Shown here: one piece after another, positions 13,318 through 27,171 of the stretch
How the letters are laid out: every line of letters starts with the position of its first letter
Position numbering within the stretch: position 1 is the stretch's first letter
Source: Eledone cirrhosa
Lineage: Eukaryota
Direction of reading: 5' to 3'
Length of the DNA: 64,000 nt
NCBI GenBank assembly: GCA_964016885.1
Contig: OZ024742.1
Location: 124,930,001-124,994,000, forward strand
The notes under the pieces: generated by a model
What the model saw: the letters and a program-made list of their open reading frames with translations, nothing else
Told to the model about the DNA's origin: nothing
Database searches by the model: none
Translations under genes and position numbers: made by a program

Positions 13318-16300
13318 TTATTATAGGATCGGTCCTAAAATTTATTTCACGGAGACTACGTTTATGAACCCACAGGCTATTATAATGCGGCACTCCCTAG
13401 TCCTGGCTTCCATAGTACACTTAAATGTATTCCTAATACACATAAAGTTTCAAATTCAATATGGAATTGTTTTAAAACTGCGACCAAATCTACACGCACG
13501 TACCAACACAAAGAGCGAACGAGGGTCACGAACATAATTATTCAAAACTCCCAACATATAGAACCACCAATGATAAACAAGTACAATCTCGAATCAACTC
13601 CTTTCTGAAAGGTCCCCACTATAAATCTTATCTCTGGTAAATCCTCCACATATTAATCAGGTTGTAATTAAAATCGCAAATATTTTCGTCAGGATAATAG
13701 ATAAACCTCCCCACTCTTATAGATAATGTGCAGGTGAATCATCAGACTGTCATATTTTACCTGAACGTCGAAAATCTTATAACAAAACTAAATATTAAAC
13801 GTCTATATGCTTATAAAAAAACAAAACCCACACATGAAAAGATAGATAGCACCAACATAAATAGAAGTAGCCACCACTCCACCCAGCCTACTAAAATATA
13901 AATAAACACACACATACCAAGGTTACTAGCTTGATTAACAAACGAGTCAATCTCACTCAAACTCATTCACAATCCCACATTCACTCTAAATACTCGATCA
14001 CTACGAAACACCAAACAGCACACATGGACAAGCTACAACGGTAGACAGCCCGATAAATGCCCTTTAATTGTGAAATGTGTTTAATAAAACTATCATTAGG
14101 GAATACGCTTAATTCGCATTTCAAATCAAGTAATAGCTGAATGAATTTATCAGACTGGCGCTCAATGTTATCAGTTTCATTCTCAATGTTGTAGTGCACC
14201 ACATATAGTAAGTGTTCAAACGTTGTATAATTTACGTTGGATTGATTAGCTTCATTCCTATGATATTTATATGACTTTGAAATACACCTATAGAAAAAAC
14301 AGTAAAATATATCTTCACATAGCGTATGACAAAATGTTTAAATAGAGAATCAGCTAACTCCTAGATTGCTGAACGTTATTTCTCCAATGTATACGGAGCA
14401 GACATTTTTAAATATTGATAGAAATTTTCTTGCATAAAACCTGATTATAATGAGATCAATATAACTACTAAAATGGTTATTTGGTTTGTTTTTATCATCA
14501 TGTAAACTTGCAAAATCTGTGTTGGTTGTTTAAGGAAACATCCAGAATATTCTACAATATATTTACTTTAATTTTCGTTTTGTATATGTCCACACCTACA
14601 TAGTTCGAACTGCCTTTACTTATATACAAGCAAATATTTAGACATATATGCTGGTATATATTTTTTCATTTGTAAATCGATAGTTACTTACAAGTTATTA
14701 GTTTTCCTCACGTCTCTTTTGTTCAAGCATATTTTGATATAGAATTGGCATTTCGCTATAGATATGTATTGTACAACGTTCGATAAGTTTTCCTTTCATA
14801 TTGCATCTTTGCGGTGTTTAAGATGCTATATAAAAGAAAAATGTAGACAAATATATGCTGTGGTAAAAGATGGACAGAACAAATATATGACAAAATATAT
14901 TACAGAAAACTACAAATACAATTCAATAAATCTTCTCTCCTCTTCTCTTGTGTGAGGAGTAGTTTTGGACAAAGGAAAAGCCTTGTCTATCCTTCTATAT
15001 TGACAATAAACCAATTACGAAAGGGGTAGTTCTTATGCATTAGATGTGCTGCGATCACTTTGATATCTGAAGACAGGAAATTTGTACATATAGAATAAAA
15101 AATTATCAATGACACTATCCTATCAATTGATATCGATCAGTTGAAAGCCACAACATTCTGCAGAGCTGTTTTTACATTTTCTTCTTTTAGTATTAGAAAA
15201 TGTATTTCACTTTTTTACATGATTAATTGGAACGTGCTCTTTAGTAATAGTTTCATGTATGAGTCATACAAAACGTAAAAGAAATGTTTATTTGTATTTC
15301 ATGTTACATCATTTGCAGACCAGCTACGACCTAATTTGTTTCACAACCCCGTACCCCTACAATTCTTTGTTCTTTTATTTTAAAGCTAATATTAAATTTG
15401 AATTTTAAATTCACCCACTTTCACATATGAATTTGCTAGTCACCAGTGCACACGATATTGCGTGATACTAATAGTTAGAAAGATTCAATGCCCAAACTTC
15501 TGGCTCATCGATAACCGTTATCTAGAATATAATTGGTCCACTTCATCCGAAGAATCATTTCGAAAGTATTTATATTTGAAGTAGCTATAGAATACATCAG
15601 ATGTACGGAACAAGTTCACTAATTTGGCGAGACTATTACTTCTATTATAACCAGATCGATTCCTTGGCAACTTTAACCTACATATTTTCGCACAGACAAC
15701 TAAACGAAATAGATCTTAACAATCAGAATATTGCTAAATGAAACAAAAGTCACCTAGTTCATTTCAGGTGAACTGAACCCCTGCAGAAATCCATTACATG
15801 TTTCTCATTGGGAATTAAGCCTTGTTGGCAACATAATGTTTCAAAATGCTCTCACATTTTCTTAACTAAATTAAAATTAGAATAACCAACCTTAAGGTTG
15901 CCTTAGCCAACGAGTCATTGAAAATAGTTTTGATCTCAGTATTATCATTCTAAACACACTATAGAAATCAATACCATGTTTAGAAGCCTGTCCAAATATC
16001 TTTATTTAAAGGGAAGTAGTCATGACAAGAATATTTCAAACAGATCTAATTTCAATAGCCATATGCTTATTTAGAATACTGTCTTTGAATTTTAACTACA
16101 AGATTGAAGGAGCAGGGCTTTACATTAAAGCTAATTAGACGAGATACAATAATGTACATTTATTTAAGTTTGTTTCTGTTATTTTTAATGATTAATTTAT
16201 GTCATAAGCACAAACCCACGAATTTATAAGATGGTAGTAGTCAATGATATAGAATGCAGTACTGAACTTGCACTTTATTTTGTCAGGCCAGCTCCTTGAC

Positions 16301-17179
16301 AATGACATTATGTTATCATACTAACTACACGAATACCACAATATTTCACCGAGCCAGTAGGTAAAGGTGACTTGTGCGGGAATAATTCGGATGCAAATGT
16401 AGTTATATTGTTATGTGATATATAAGTTTAATTCATAATTGAAGTATATTTAAAACATATGTATGAAACTTGACAGCCCAATATTTCATACTCCATCATG
16501 TGTGATGTACAATATTTCCCATGAGACATTGACGTATCTATCCATGACGCAGATCATCAGGTTATGTACGAGTATCTTGATGGACAAGCCATACCACAGT
16601 AAGCAAATACATCACATTTTTTTCCATTTGTTTAAGCTGACCGAACAGACATACGATTCAAGGGACCTTTACAGCAATTCTCTATACGTAATTGCAAGGA
16701 TACATGTTTTTCCAAAAGAGGTTTTCAAGCAAGTCATCACTTCGAACAGATACATTGAAACGGTTAGAAAAATGTTGAAGTTTCACATGGGTGTTTTTTT
16801 TTGTGGGATACATTTTCCAAAATGTCAGCATATCAAATGTCGACAACGTAGTTGCATGCCGAAGAGGCAAAACACAAGGTAGAAACCAGAAGGTAAGAAA
16901 TACCAATGCCACCGTATGTGCTTCAAACATATTTGTAGTAGGAACAAAAGAAGGGCAATGAATTGGAAGAAGCGAAGGTGAGAAATGATTCTAGTTGTTT
17001 GTACAGAATCGTGAATGAGCGGATCTGATCAATAAGGGAACCATGTGTGCAATTTAAATGTATGGTTGTTGGTATATTATAACTAGTGAAGAACAATCAG
17101 TGGGTTAGTGGAAATTGTCAGTAAATACTTAATCGACCACTCATACTCGATGACTTTGACGTCGTGCGAGAGGTGGTTG

Positions 17180-17420
17180 CTGGATCGCACTCCAGAAAAA
17201 TATCCACGCTGTCTGTCCCAGATAAGGTGCTATCCAATGTTTTCCTTAATAACTTGAAAAAGGTGGTGGCGGGTATATACGAGAAGCGCAGACGCTGTAC
17301 AGAAGAGTATTAAACTTATTCATGGGTACCGGTAGTCATTTGTAATTACCTCGATTTCAACACATCAGCGGATGGTGTGCTCAACGACACTCTATGGTAG
17401 ATCATTACATTATGTGATGA
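17180..17420 (+). pseudogene. Highly decayed LINE (RTE-like) RT fragment
   Basis: RKISTLSVPDKVLSNVFLNNLK resembles YRGISLLSVPGKV..RILL.RL; DFNTSADGVLNDTLW resembles DF.KAFDSV...LW. Confidence 0.35.
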
Positions 17421-17667
17421 TTACATCGTCAGAGCAAAGAATTGCAACACGGAAAGAGCGTTGAGAGGATACATTATAGTACTGAACTCTCTCCTTTGTT
17501 TCCGCTGATGGTGTATTTCGTTGGCAGACCATAATAATTACCCGACCTGCATTTCGCAGGTGATTTAGAAAGGTCTACTAGCATGTCTACGGAAAGGAAA
17601 AAGATGTCCCACAGTCACAGCAACGGCTGCACAAATCTATATGTGCAAATATTCATCGACACATATG

Positions 17668-17747
<80 letters not shown>

Positions 17748-17749
17748 TT

Positions 17750-17835
<86 letters not shown>

Positions 17836-17848
17836 CATATATATACAT

Positions 17849-20294
17849 ATTGTTATACTTTGGGAGGGTCATGTTGCCAATAAGAAACACACGCACCAGT
17901 TGCTTTCACTTCAACTTATTATATATTTATAAATTTATAAATTTACAAATCTACAAACTTATAAATTTCTGGTTGGTTGGTTGGTTGGTTCCACAACCAG
18001 ATAGTTGTTTATATATAGTCATAGTCCTTTCGTCACACACTCTGTGACCTCTTCAGTGACTGGGGATTCCTTTCTTTGTTTCTGTTCCTTTCCTTTCTTC
18101 TGTCCTACGCCATTTTGTTTCTGTGTGTGTGTTGTGTGCTCAGTTTGCGCATGCGCCACATCCGGGTGTCTGTGTGTGTTTGTGTTCATTTATCTATTTG
18201 TTTATTTATTTACATGTTGTTGGTTGGTTGTTTGTTCTATGTGTGTGTGTGTTTTCATGTTGTCCTCAATTGTAAATTGTGATGTTGCTGTTCCACTCAT
18301 ATTTTCTATTTAATTTTGGTTGTAATTCTTTTATGCTTACTGCCTCTGTAATTTGCCTAAACATTGCATCTTTTCTGTGTGTGGATTCTATTTTTATTTC
18401 TATGTTCTCTAATTTACCCTTGTGTTCTATCTTAGCATGTTGGTAGAGTACAGATGATTCTTTATTATCTTGAAGGTCTTGCCAGTGTTCATTTATCCGT
18501 TCCCCTATACTACGAGCTGTCTCACCTATGTACACTATATTTTTGTTTCTACATTGTCCTTCAGTACATCTTATGCTATACACTACATTTCTAGTTTTAC
18601 AGTTAATATCGGGGCTTATTTTACAGGTTATACATTTCTTATCTATACATGAGGGTCTTTGGAACGGGTATGTCTTGCTAATAAGTGTTTTTACGGAGGT
18701 ACCTGGTCTTTCTACTATCTTAATATTGAGTTTATGTTTATTTAGGGCCCTTCTAAATTTGTAGGCTAGTTCGCCTCTAGGGGTTGTATTGATGAACAGT
18801 AAACTCTGGTATTTATTGCTATCATACCATGAGTTTATTCTATTGGCCTTGTTCCTAGTTCTTTCTATTCCATTCCAAAATTTGCTCCTATACAAGGGGC
18901 AGGTCCCATTTATGTCATTATTTACCATTTTTTCCCATTTGGTTCTGGCTCCTCAATACACTCTGATTCTATCTCTCTGATTGTAGCCAGAGAACTGCAT
19001 ACGGTGGATGAAGTGTTGTATGTGTCTCTCTAGTTCTTCGGGGTTGCACATGCGGGACACATTTCTCATCACCCGTACCAAATACGCAATCAGTATGTTG
19101 ATTTTGGTATGGTCCGAAATGGCTGAGTTTCGGTGGATCAGATGTTTGGAAGTCATGGGTTTGGCATAATGGGAATGGAGGATTTGTTTTTGGTTGTTAA
19201 TGGTATCTAATCAGAGCTCTGTGTCTAGTACAAGTAATCGATGGTTGGGGTGTCTACTTGGGTAGTCTATAGTAACTCTAATGCTCCGGTGGATGGAGTT
19301 TGCTATTTGCTGGATGCTTTCCATTGTGTTTTTCTCTAGTTCCTGACTGTTCTCTAGTGGGGGTGTCTTAACTACGATGTTTATATCATCTACGTAGCGG
19401 GAGTACATTATCAGTGTTAAGCTGTCTTCTAATTGTTCTTTAAGTTTAAGTTTAAGTCTACTGTCCCACCATACCATGAATAAGTTAGCTATGTCGCCTG
19501 CAATGCTAACACCAATGGCTGCTCCTTCCTCTTGGGCATATCTTTTTCCATTAAATTTGAACATATGTTCCTTAAGGGTTAATTTTATGCTGGCCCCTAC
19601 CGCATGTGCAATCATTTTCTTCAGTTCATCGTGGTTTTCGGGTGTCTGTATGGCTCTGGTCCACCCGTTCCATCTATCTGTGTGGGTTTTCTTGGCCATA
19701 GAGGTAATGGTAGGTGGTCTGCCTCTTGCTGGTCTTGTAGGGCACAGGTTGCTAAGGTCATAAGTGTCTAGGTAACTATTACTATGTGTAAGCTTAAGTA
19801 GAAGTCCAAGCTCACTGGTATCAATCCCACGGAACTCAACCTTGCTCTCGCTGATCATTTCTACACATTTCTCCACAGCAAAATCCACGTCAATAGATGG
19901 ATACAGGGACACAACATCCATACTGCCTATTATGCAGTTTGTTAGGTCCCCAGATCGGTTACTCACGCCGATTCTGCTGAGGAGGTCCTCCGTGCTGTCA
20001 CATACATCTGGGGACATCTCAGTGATGGGGAGTATGATCAGGGAGAGGAAGTAGCACAGTCTGTATTTACTAGCAATGTTAGCTCCACAGACTGGCCGTG
20101 TTGGTGGTCCTTTTGTTGGGCTGGAAGTTGTTGGCAGTCCTTTTGTTGGGCTGCATTATATTCGTCCACATCACCATATGGGCATTGAGGGCTTTTTCTC
20201 TATCCTCATGCTCCTGTGGTGTTACCTCTCTTGTGTTAGTGATGTGGGGTTGCATTGCCTGGATGTAGTTTGGCAGGCTGTCAACCGACATTCT
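17849..20294 (-). mobile_element. Penelope-like element (Naiad-like), 5'-truncated pseudogenised copy
   Basis: RT motifs GSMDVVSLYPSID, QEEGAAIG, YSRYVDDI; GIY-YIG NVVYSIRC...YIGETARSIGERINEH; in-frame stops. 3' end lies in (TA)n. Closely related to 32071-35517. Confidence 0.92.
18017..18061 (-). ncRNA. Hammerhead ribozyme in the PLE 3' repeat
   Basis: AGTCA-CTGAAGA-G-GTCACA gagtg TGTGAC-GAAA-GGAC-TA-TGACT. Confidence 0.8.
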
Positions 20295-20295
20295 A

Positions 20296-20830
20296 TTATT
20301 TTACGTCTCTTATATTATTGTCCTGCAACCCCATGCATTGAACCACAATGTTATTAAGACAAAACCTATATATTTGCTAGCTTCGATATGCATTTGTATG
20401 TATATATATGTTACTAGATATAAATTCTTTATTATTATCTCCAAAATATTTCTCGAGCAATACTGGCCATGACTGCTGCTACGGTAGTAGGCTGGCCGCT
20501 GTCTTATTAACAACCCACTTTCCACCGATTGACCTCGACGTCACGTGTTCGATTCTTTTTGAATTTGCCACAGACAGAGAGGCAGTTATTTTCTCAATGG
20601 CTAGGAATTAAGTCCACGCTTTGCTATTTCCTATTCACTGATTTATTTTTTAATAAGCTTCCAGAGTCCTCGCTTTGCCTGGAAACTTATATGAGAATAG
20701 ACTTTCCTGATGACGGGATGATTCTCAACACCTTCTTCGGAAGATGTATCTACTCCATTCCAGAAACTAATTAGTTGGAAGTGATATTTTAGTAAGTAAG
20801 TTAATTTTATAATTTTCTTATTTTACGTCT

Positions 20831-20836
<6 letters not shown>
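20296..20836 (+). mobile_element. Retrozyme-like 522-bp monomer (family B) with 19-nt terminal redundancy
   Basis: TTATTTTACGTCTCTTATA at 20296 and at 20818. Contains an HHR and no credible ORF. 3' end runs into (TA)n. Confidence 0.7.
20701..20782 (+). ncRNA. Type-I hammerhead ribozyme (family B)
   Basis: Stem I ACTTTC/GGAAGT; CTGATGA; stem II GGGATG/CATTCC extended to a C(TTCG)G-capped hairpin, with a C.A mismatch at 10.1/11.1; GAAA; palindromic stem III ACTAATTAGT; GUU site. Confidence 0.75.
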
Positions 20837-20887
<51 letters not shown>

Positions 20888-21021
20888 AAGTGAGGTTTTT
20901 TTTTACAAAATGAAAAATAACCGAGGTGTCCTACACGAGTGAAAGTATAAAGAAAAAGAGATGAAATCGAAAATGCAACTGAAGTCTTATTTTTTAAAAA
21001 AATATATATATTTATTTGGTT

Positions 21022-21059
21022 CCTTTACCGGTTTCGCAGTTCTTCTGATTTTCAAAAGG
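21022..21059 (-). ncRNA. Hammerhead motif, family C mirror copy (G10.1 mutated to T)
   Basis: CCTT-TTGAAAA-TCAG aagaa CTGC-GAAA-CCGG-TA-AAGG. Confidence 0.6.
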
Positions 21060-21126
21060 TGAGTTGAGATGGAGGGTCTGTGGTTTTTCTCACATCTGAG
21101 ACCCTCAGACCCTCCATCTCAACTCA

Positions 21127-21164
21127 CCTTTTGAAAAGCAGAAGAACTGCGAAACCGGTAAAGG
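21127..21164 (+). ncRNA. Minimal hammerhead ribozyme with U3:A8 core variant (family C)
   Basis: CCTT-TTGAAAA-GCAG aagaa CTGC-GAAA-CCGG-TA-AAGG. All three stems pair; stem III is the palindrome ACCGGT. Confidence 0.75.
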
Positions 21165-21234
21165 AACCAAGTAAATATATATATTTTTTTTAAATAATAA
21201 GACTTCAGTTGCATTTTCGATTTCATCTCTTTTT

Positions 21235-21340
<106 letters not shown>

Positions 21341-22703
21341 TGTGAAGTAGTTTGGTAATGGTGCACTACACATTTCAATGAAGACAGTGGCCTCACGATT
21401 CCGTGTACCCAGTGCCGTGATATCATCAGACAGCTTCTTATATAATATGGTTACGTTCTCAAGGCATCCAGGGAACGGACAAGGCGTCTGTTCTTGAATC
21501 GCCTGCCCGTTCACCTGTGTTCAACAATTCACCTCCGCAATTCTGCGCAGGCGCAAACGAAAGCTAACTTTCCACTACACGAAACTCACCAAAACTACCC
21601 TAGGCAGCCCCCCCTCCTCCCTCCAACCAAACGACCACCCTGTCTAGGTTGGAAATATGACACTGTTAATGTGTACTGTGAGTTTCCTTGCCAGTGGCAG
21701 CTAACCGAAATATAGTGGTGGTGGCAGAGTATGAGTTTCAATAGGTCTTACTACTACCCCTAATCTATGTCTGGACAATGGGGTTAACCATCCCCGCTAT
21801 GAGAATATAAACTTATTTCTAGATATTATGGTTTCACAGTGGAAATTAAAAATTAAACGTAAAAATTTGATTGAAGTGAATAAATATATATATAAAGATT
21901 AAATAGGGAGATGTTTAAATTAAAGTAAGAAGTTTAGAAAAGGGAGTCAATATTGGATACTTCAGATATTTTATCAATATATTGAAAGATATACCATATA
22001 GTAGAACAGAAGATTAATTAAGATATGAAACGTAGTAATTAGTTTAACAATTATTTAATATCCTCTTCTTCCACATGAATGAAAACAAAACCAAAAGAAA
22101 ACGTACATACATGCAAAATGAGAGAGGGAACATGTATGAGAAAAAATATGAGAGAAGGAAAATATATATATGAGAAAGGCAAAATGTGTATCGGCATGGA
22201 GATGTAGGAAGAAGTGGTTGGCAATTTGACCATGTAAAGTGTATATAAAAATTCAGTGTCGGAGGGAGTGAGGGGGTTCAGTACAAAATGCATGTTCCTG
22301 CAGGAAAATAAGGGGCTTTACATTGCTTTCAGGTCCGCCTATTTCACCCGAAAGATTGGTTGAAGAATTGTTTAGAAATGTTAAGTTCATCTAGCTGTAG
22401 GGATATCCATGGTAGAGGGAATTTCCGGGTGCATCTGATGGTTGCTGCCTTCACTTCTTCACTATATTGGTTACACCATAAAGCGTTCCACATACCGGAG
22501 GAGAAAATGTTGGCAAATATTGATGCAATTCCCACAAGCACTCGACGCATTTTTTCCAAATAGGAAAAACGGAGAATATTTAGAATGAGAAAATGCGAAG
22601 TAGTTTCAGATGTTAATGTCCTTTATTTTGTAATGCTGCGCTATATACTTCAATGACGACAGTGGCCACATGATTCCGTGTACCATCAATGTTTACCGTA
22701 AGA

Positions 22704-22806
<103 letters not shown>

Positions 22807-22865
22807 TGTCAATACACACACACGTATATAATATTCGATACGTTTTCAATTATGGAAACAAGCCT

Positions 22866-22912
<47 letters not shown>

Positions 22913-22919
22913 TATATAC

Positions 22920-23391
22920 ACACACACAAGTACAATAACAAAAAACATATAAACTAAGATAGAATACAAAAACAAAAACTCATACACTCAAAGGCGAACA
23001 CACACACCAAACATTATACACACATGTAAACGCATGCGCAAGGACAGAGACAAGTATAAATAAATAAATAAAATAATAAAGGCGTAGACATTACAATACA
23101 ATAGGATGAAACATAGTAGTACCACTGATGATGTTGCAGATGTGCGACGAAAGAAGTTTGATAGACTATATATATTTTTATATCTGTATATTTAACCGTT
23201 GGTCAAACAAGGATAAATAAACATGGATTGCCAAATAAATTAACTATGGAGATATAAAAGATACAGAAGCGAAAACCAATCAAACAGTGTGTGTCTTTTG
23301 TTATTATTTCTGGAAATATTATGACAATATGGCCCTCCCCAAGTATAACAATATTTGTTTCGACACACGATTTCATACCAAATTCTTGCAA

Positions 23392-23398
<7 letters not shown>
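22920..23398 (+). mobile_element. 3' terminal repeat of a sister Naiad-like PLE subfamily
   Basis: GGCCCTCCCCAAGTATAACAATATTTGTTTCGACACACGATTTCA...TCTTGCAAAACAAAT matches 36970-37038; HHR at the equivalent position. A minus-strand relative lies at 25537-25700. Confidence 0.7.
23113..23169 (+). ncRNA. Hammerhead motif (Naiad sister subfamily)
   Basis: TACCA-CTGATGA-T-GTTGCA gatg TGCGAC-GAAA-GAAG-TT-TGATA; one stem I mismatch. Confidence 0.65.
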
Positions 23399-23469
<71 letters not shown>

Positions 23470-23907
23470 TATTGAAGTTTCCGTTGAAAATTGAAAAAGT
23501 CAGAGGAATGAAGAGTGCTCTATGTAAGTTACAGAGATACATTTTTAATGTATAATAAACAATACAATATAATTACCAAAGGTTTCCCGAATAAGACGAA
23601 TACAAGAAACGTCCGCATTCGTTCGTCAGATAAGGTAATTTAAAACATAGTGAAATATTTGAAAAATCTCCACATGAAGGGCTAAAGGTTTAAGGGGCAA
23701 AAAATAAATAAAAGTAATAATAAAAGAAATGTATAAAAAATACAAATAAAGAAATATAGTAAGGGGATGTGTGTAAATGTGGGTATATGCACATACATAT
23801 GTACATATGTACATGTGTGTGTATGTACAACTGCATGTGTATAGTGACAAAATGTGTGCGTAAGTACATACATGAGGGCAAACATATTAGTGTATGTGTG
23901 ACCACAA

Positions 23908-23955
<48 letters not shown>

Positions 23956-24990
23956 AAAATAGAAATTGGAAGTTAATGTAGTTAGCGTACATACCGACTT
24001 AGGGACTAAGGGCTGAAATATATTCACATACAAGGATGAAAGGACACACGCGTATAAACATACACACACGCCTCAACCACATACATGTATATGATATATA
24101 GAGGGAAGGGAGTGAATAAAGTCAACGCAGTGTCAGACGGGATCTACATACAAATATAAAATATGTATAAATGAAATAATATATAAGATAAGAATAAAAA
24201 TAAAAAATTAAGGCAAAGAGAAAGTAAGTGGAAGGGATTGTAATATATTAAGTAACACAAGAAAAAATAAATAAAAAGTAGAAAACATGCATATACACAC
24301 ATACATATATATAAATATATATATACATACAGACAAAAATACGTGCACAAAAGCATACATACACATACACGCATACATACATATACACGCATACATATAC
24401 ACATACATGCACACATACGCATACATACATATACAAAAAACAACAACCTTATGAATAAATGGGTACAAAATATAGGCAAGTATACATACATAAAAGCGGC
24501 TAAGGGACAACGGAAAATATCTGGAGTTAAAAACACAAGTGACAAGGATGTCGGGTAGTGAAAGAAAAAGGGGAAGTAAAGTACATGTAAATAATGTATA
24601 ATTGTTAAGATATAAAGTTAATGAATCAAATAGCAGTGGAGGTTCACTAGTGGATGTAAAGTAAAAATAAAAATAAAAGATAAGTATAATTCAATGAGAA
24701 TTCTATAAAAAAGAAAAATTAAGGAAAGTGAAGAACAAGAATTTATGGAGGATAAGTGTCTGAAAGTGAGTTAAGTTTATATGAGCTGTTAAGAAAGTGT
24801 GATTTCATGTGTGGGCAACTGGTAAAAATTTATATTTTTGCATTTAGGCAGGTTTTTGGTGATTTAATTTCTGTAAAATCCAATATTTTTCACTTATGCA
24901 GAGTGCGCATCTTCTTGTTCCTCTTGCGTATTCTTTAGCTTGGTTCAACATTGAGCAATCTAACTTATATTGGATAACTTGGTCGTTCAT
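23470..24990 (-). mobile_element. Decayed PLE 3' remnant (GIY-YIG C-terminus + long low-complexity 3' UTR)
   Basis: Minus strand gives [34 protein letters not shown]...SCPH at about 24780-24980. Degenerate HHR (CTGACGA...GAAA, stem I AATTACC/GGTAATT) at 23571-23640. Confidence 0.6.
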
Positions 24991-25092
24991 AGATTTATGG
25001 ATTTATATATATGTATATATATATATGGATTTATATATATGTATATATATATATATGGATTTATATATATGTATATATATATATATGGATTT

Positions 25093-25139
<47 letters not shown>

Positions 25140-25159
25140 TATATATATATATATATATA

Positions 25160-25213
<54 letters not shown>

Positions 25214-25232
25214 TATACACATATATATATAT

Positions 25233-25433
25233 GTAAGAGCTGAGTTTTATTGTAGTGCAATAAAGCAATGCAGATATGTTGATTTAAAACTACACTATCC
25301 ATAAGTGTTTTTTAACCTTCATATCATGTCTTCCTGTTTTATCTGATGAAAACACAAATATTATTGCATGATGATATTTGTTTTTGAAATGCGCATAATA
25401 AAATACATGGAACTCTTTTAAACATCTTTTGTT

Positions 25434-25438
<5 letters not shown>
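25233..25438 (+). mobile_element. Family A HHR element, second locus
   Basis: 25233-25277 is an inverted copy of the 966-1010 3' extension, joined through ATAT to a copy of 756-920. Flanked by (TA)n. Confidence 0.85.
25335..25405 (+). ncRNA. Minimal type-I hammerhead ribozyme (family A)
   Basis: Same fold as 816-886. Differences are confined to loop II (GCAT versus GTTT) and a U-G to U-A change that keeps stem II paired. Confidence 0.85.
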
Positions 25439-25492
<54 letters not shown>

Positions 25493-25725
25493 CCATATAT
25501 ATATATATCCATATATATATAAATCCATATATATATGTTATACTTGGGGAGGGTCATATTTGTGTAATTTTGCCAGAATTAATAACAGAACACACTCACT
25601 GTTTGGTTTGTTTTCGCTTCTGTGTCTTTTATATCGTTAATCTAATTTATTCGGTCCTCAATGTTGCCATTGACTGACCGACGGTCAAAAATAATACAGA
25701 TACAATATAGACACAATCACATATA

Positions 25726-25801
<76 letters not shown>

Positions 25802-26227
25802 TATATATACATATATATGCATATATATACATATGGATATATACGTATGGATATATATATATAAATCCATATAGCTAGGTAGGTAACTAATTAAAATTTT
25901 ACTAGAGCTTCAAAGTTTAACTAAAGCTTTTAAAACAATTTTGGATATGTATATATATGTATATATATATATATATATATACATAAATATATATATATAT
26001 ATAAATATATATATATATAAATATATATATATATATTTATATATATATATATTTCATTTCTCACTAAGAGTGAGAAATGAAATTTCGTTTTCATTTTGTT
26101 TTAATTTATCGTTTTCGGTATGCCTGACCGATTTAACTCACTCAATATGCAAATTAGGCTGCTCAGCCGTTAATTTTCATAAGGAAAGTATATACTTTCG
26201 AACGTTCAACTATCTGGCAGATGGGTA

Positions 26228-26272
26228 AACGGTGCTGATGATAGCTAACAAGCTTGAAACTAGTACATCGTT
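26228..26272 (+). ncRNA. Minimal type-I hammerhead ribozyme (family D, unit 1)
   Basis: AACGGTG-CTGATGA-T-AGCT aaca AGCT-T-GAAA-CTAG-TA-CATCGTT; 7-bp stem I; palindromic stem III ACTAGT. Confidence 0.85.
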
Positions 26273-26699
26273 CCTGTGTCAGTGTTGAACAAAAAGGTGA
26301 CGTGGTTGCCTTAACACCGTATGGCATAAATTCAGGCTGTTCAGTTTGTTTACAAACGAACAAAGCGACGTTATAATAAGCGCCGCTAAACTGATACGTG
26401 CATATATGTATGTGTACCTGTATGCATATGTATGTATATATGTATATGTATATATATATGTGCATGCTACTGTACGTCTGTATACATATATGTATGTACG
26501 TATACATGCATACTTACATTTAAGTAAGTGCCATACTAAGAGTGAGAAATGAAATTTCGTTTTCATTTTGTTTCAATTTATCGTTTTCGGTATGCCTGAC
26601 CGATTTAACTCACTCAATATGCAAATTAGGCTGCTCAGCCGTTAATTTTCATAAGGAAAGTATATACTTTCGAACGTTCAACTATCTGGCAGATGGGTA

Positions 26700-26744
26700 A
26701 ACGGTGCTGATGATAGCTAACAAGCTTGAAACTAGTACATCGTT
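26700..26744 (+). ncRNA. Hammerhead ribozyme (family D, unit 2)
   Basis: Identical to 26228-26272. Confidence 0.85.
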
Positions 26745-27171
26745 CCTGTGTCAGTGTTGAACAAAAAGGTGACGTGGTTGCCTTAACACCGTATGGCATA
26801 AATTCAGGCTGTTCAGTTTGTTTACAAACGAACAAAGCGACGTTATAATAAGCGCCGCTAAACTGATACGTGCATATATGTATGTGTACTTGTATGCATA
26901 TGTATGTATATATGTATATGTATATATATATGTGCATGCTACTGTACGTCTGTATACATATATGTATGTACGTATACATGCATACTTACATTTAAGTAAG
27001 TGCCATACTAAGAGTGAGAAATGAAATTTCGTTTTCATTTTGTTTCAATTTATCGTTTTCGGTATGCCTGACCGATTTAACTCACTCAATATGCAAATTA
27101 GGCTGCTCAGCCGTTAATTTTCATAAGGAAAGTATATACTTTCGAACGTTCAACTATCTGGCAGATGGGTA

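Noticed and set aside
13670-13752. CTGATGA and CTGACGA on the minus strand as hammerhead cores
   Set aside because: No matching stem I, stem II or stem III could be formed.
16463-16930. 139-aa and 82-aa ORFs as a host gene or transposase
   Set aside because: No recognisable motif or convincing splice structure.
18953-19213. In-frame TGA codons as selenocysteine (reported for some Naiad elements)
   Set aside because: The sister copy has TGG (Trp) and AAA (Lys) at these sites, not Cys, so they are ordinary nonsense mutations.
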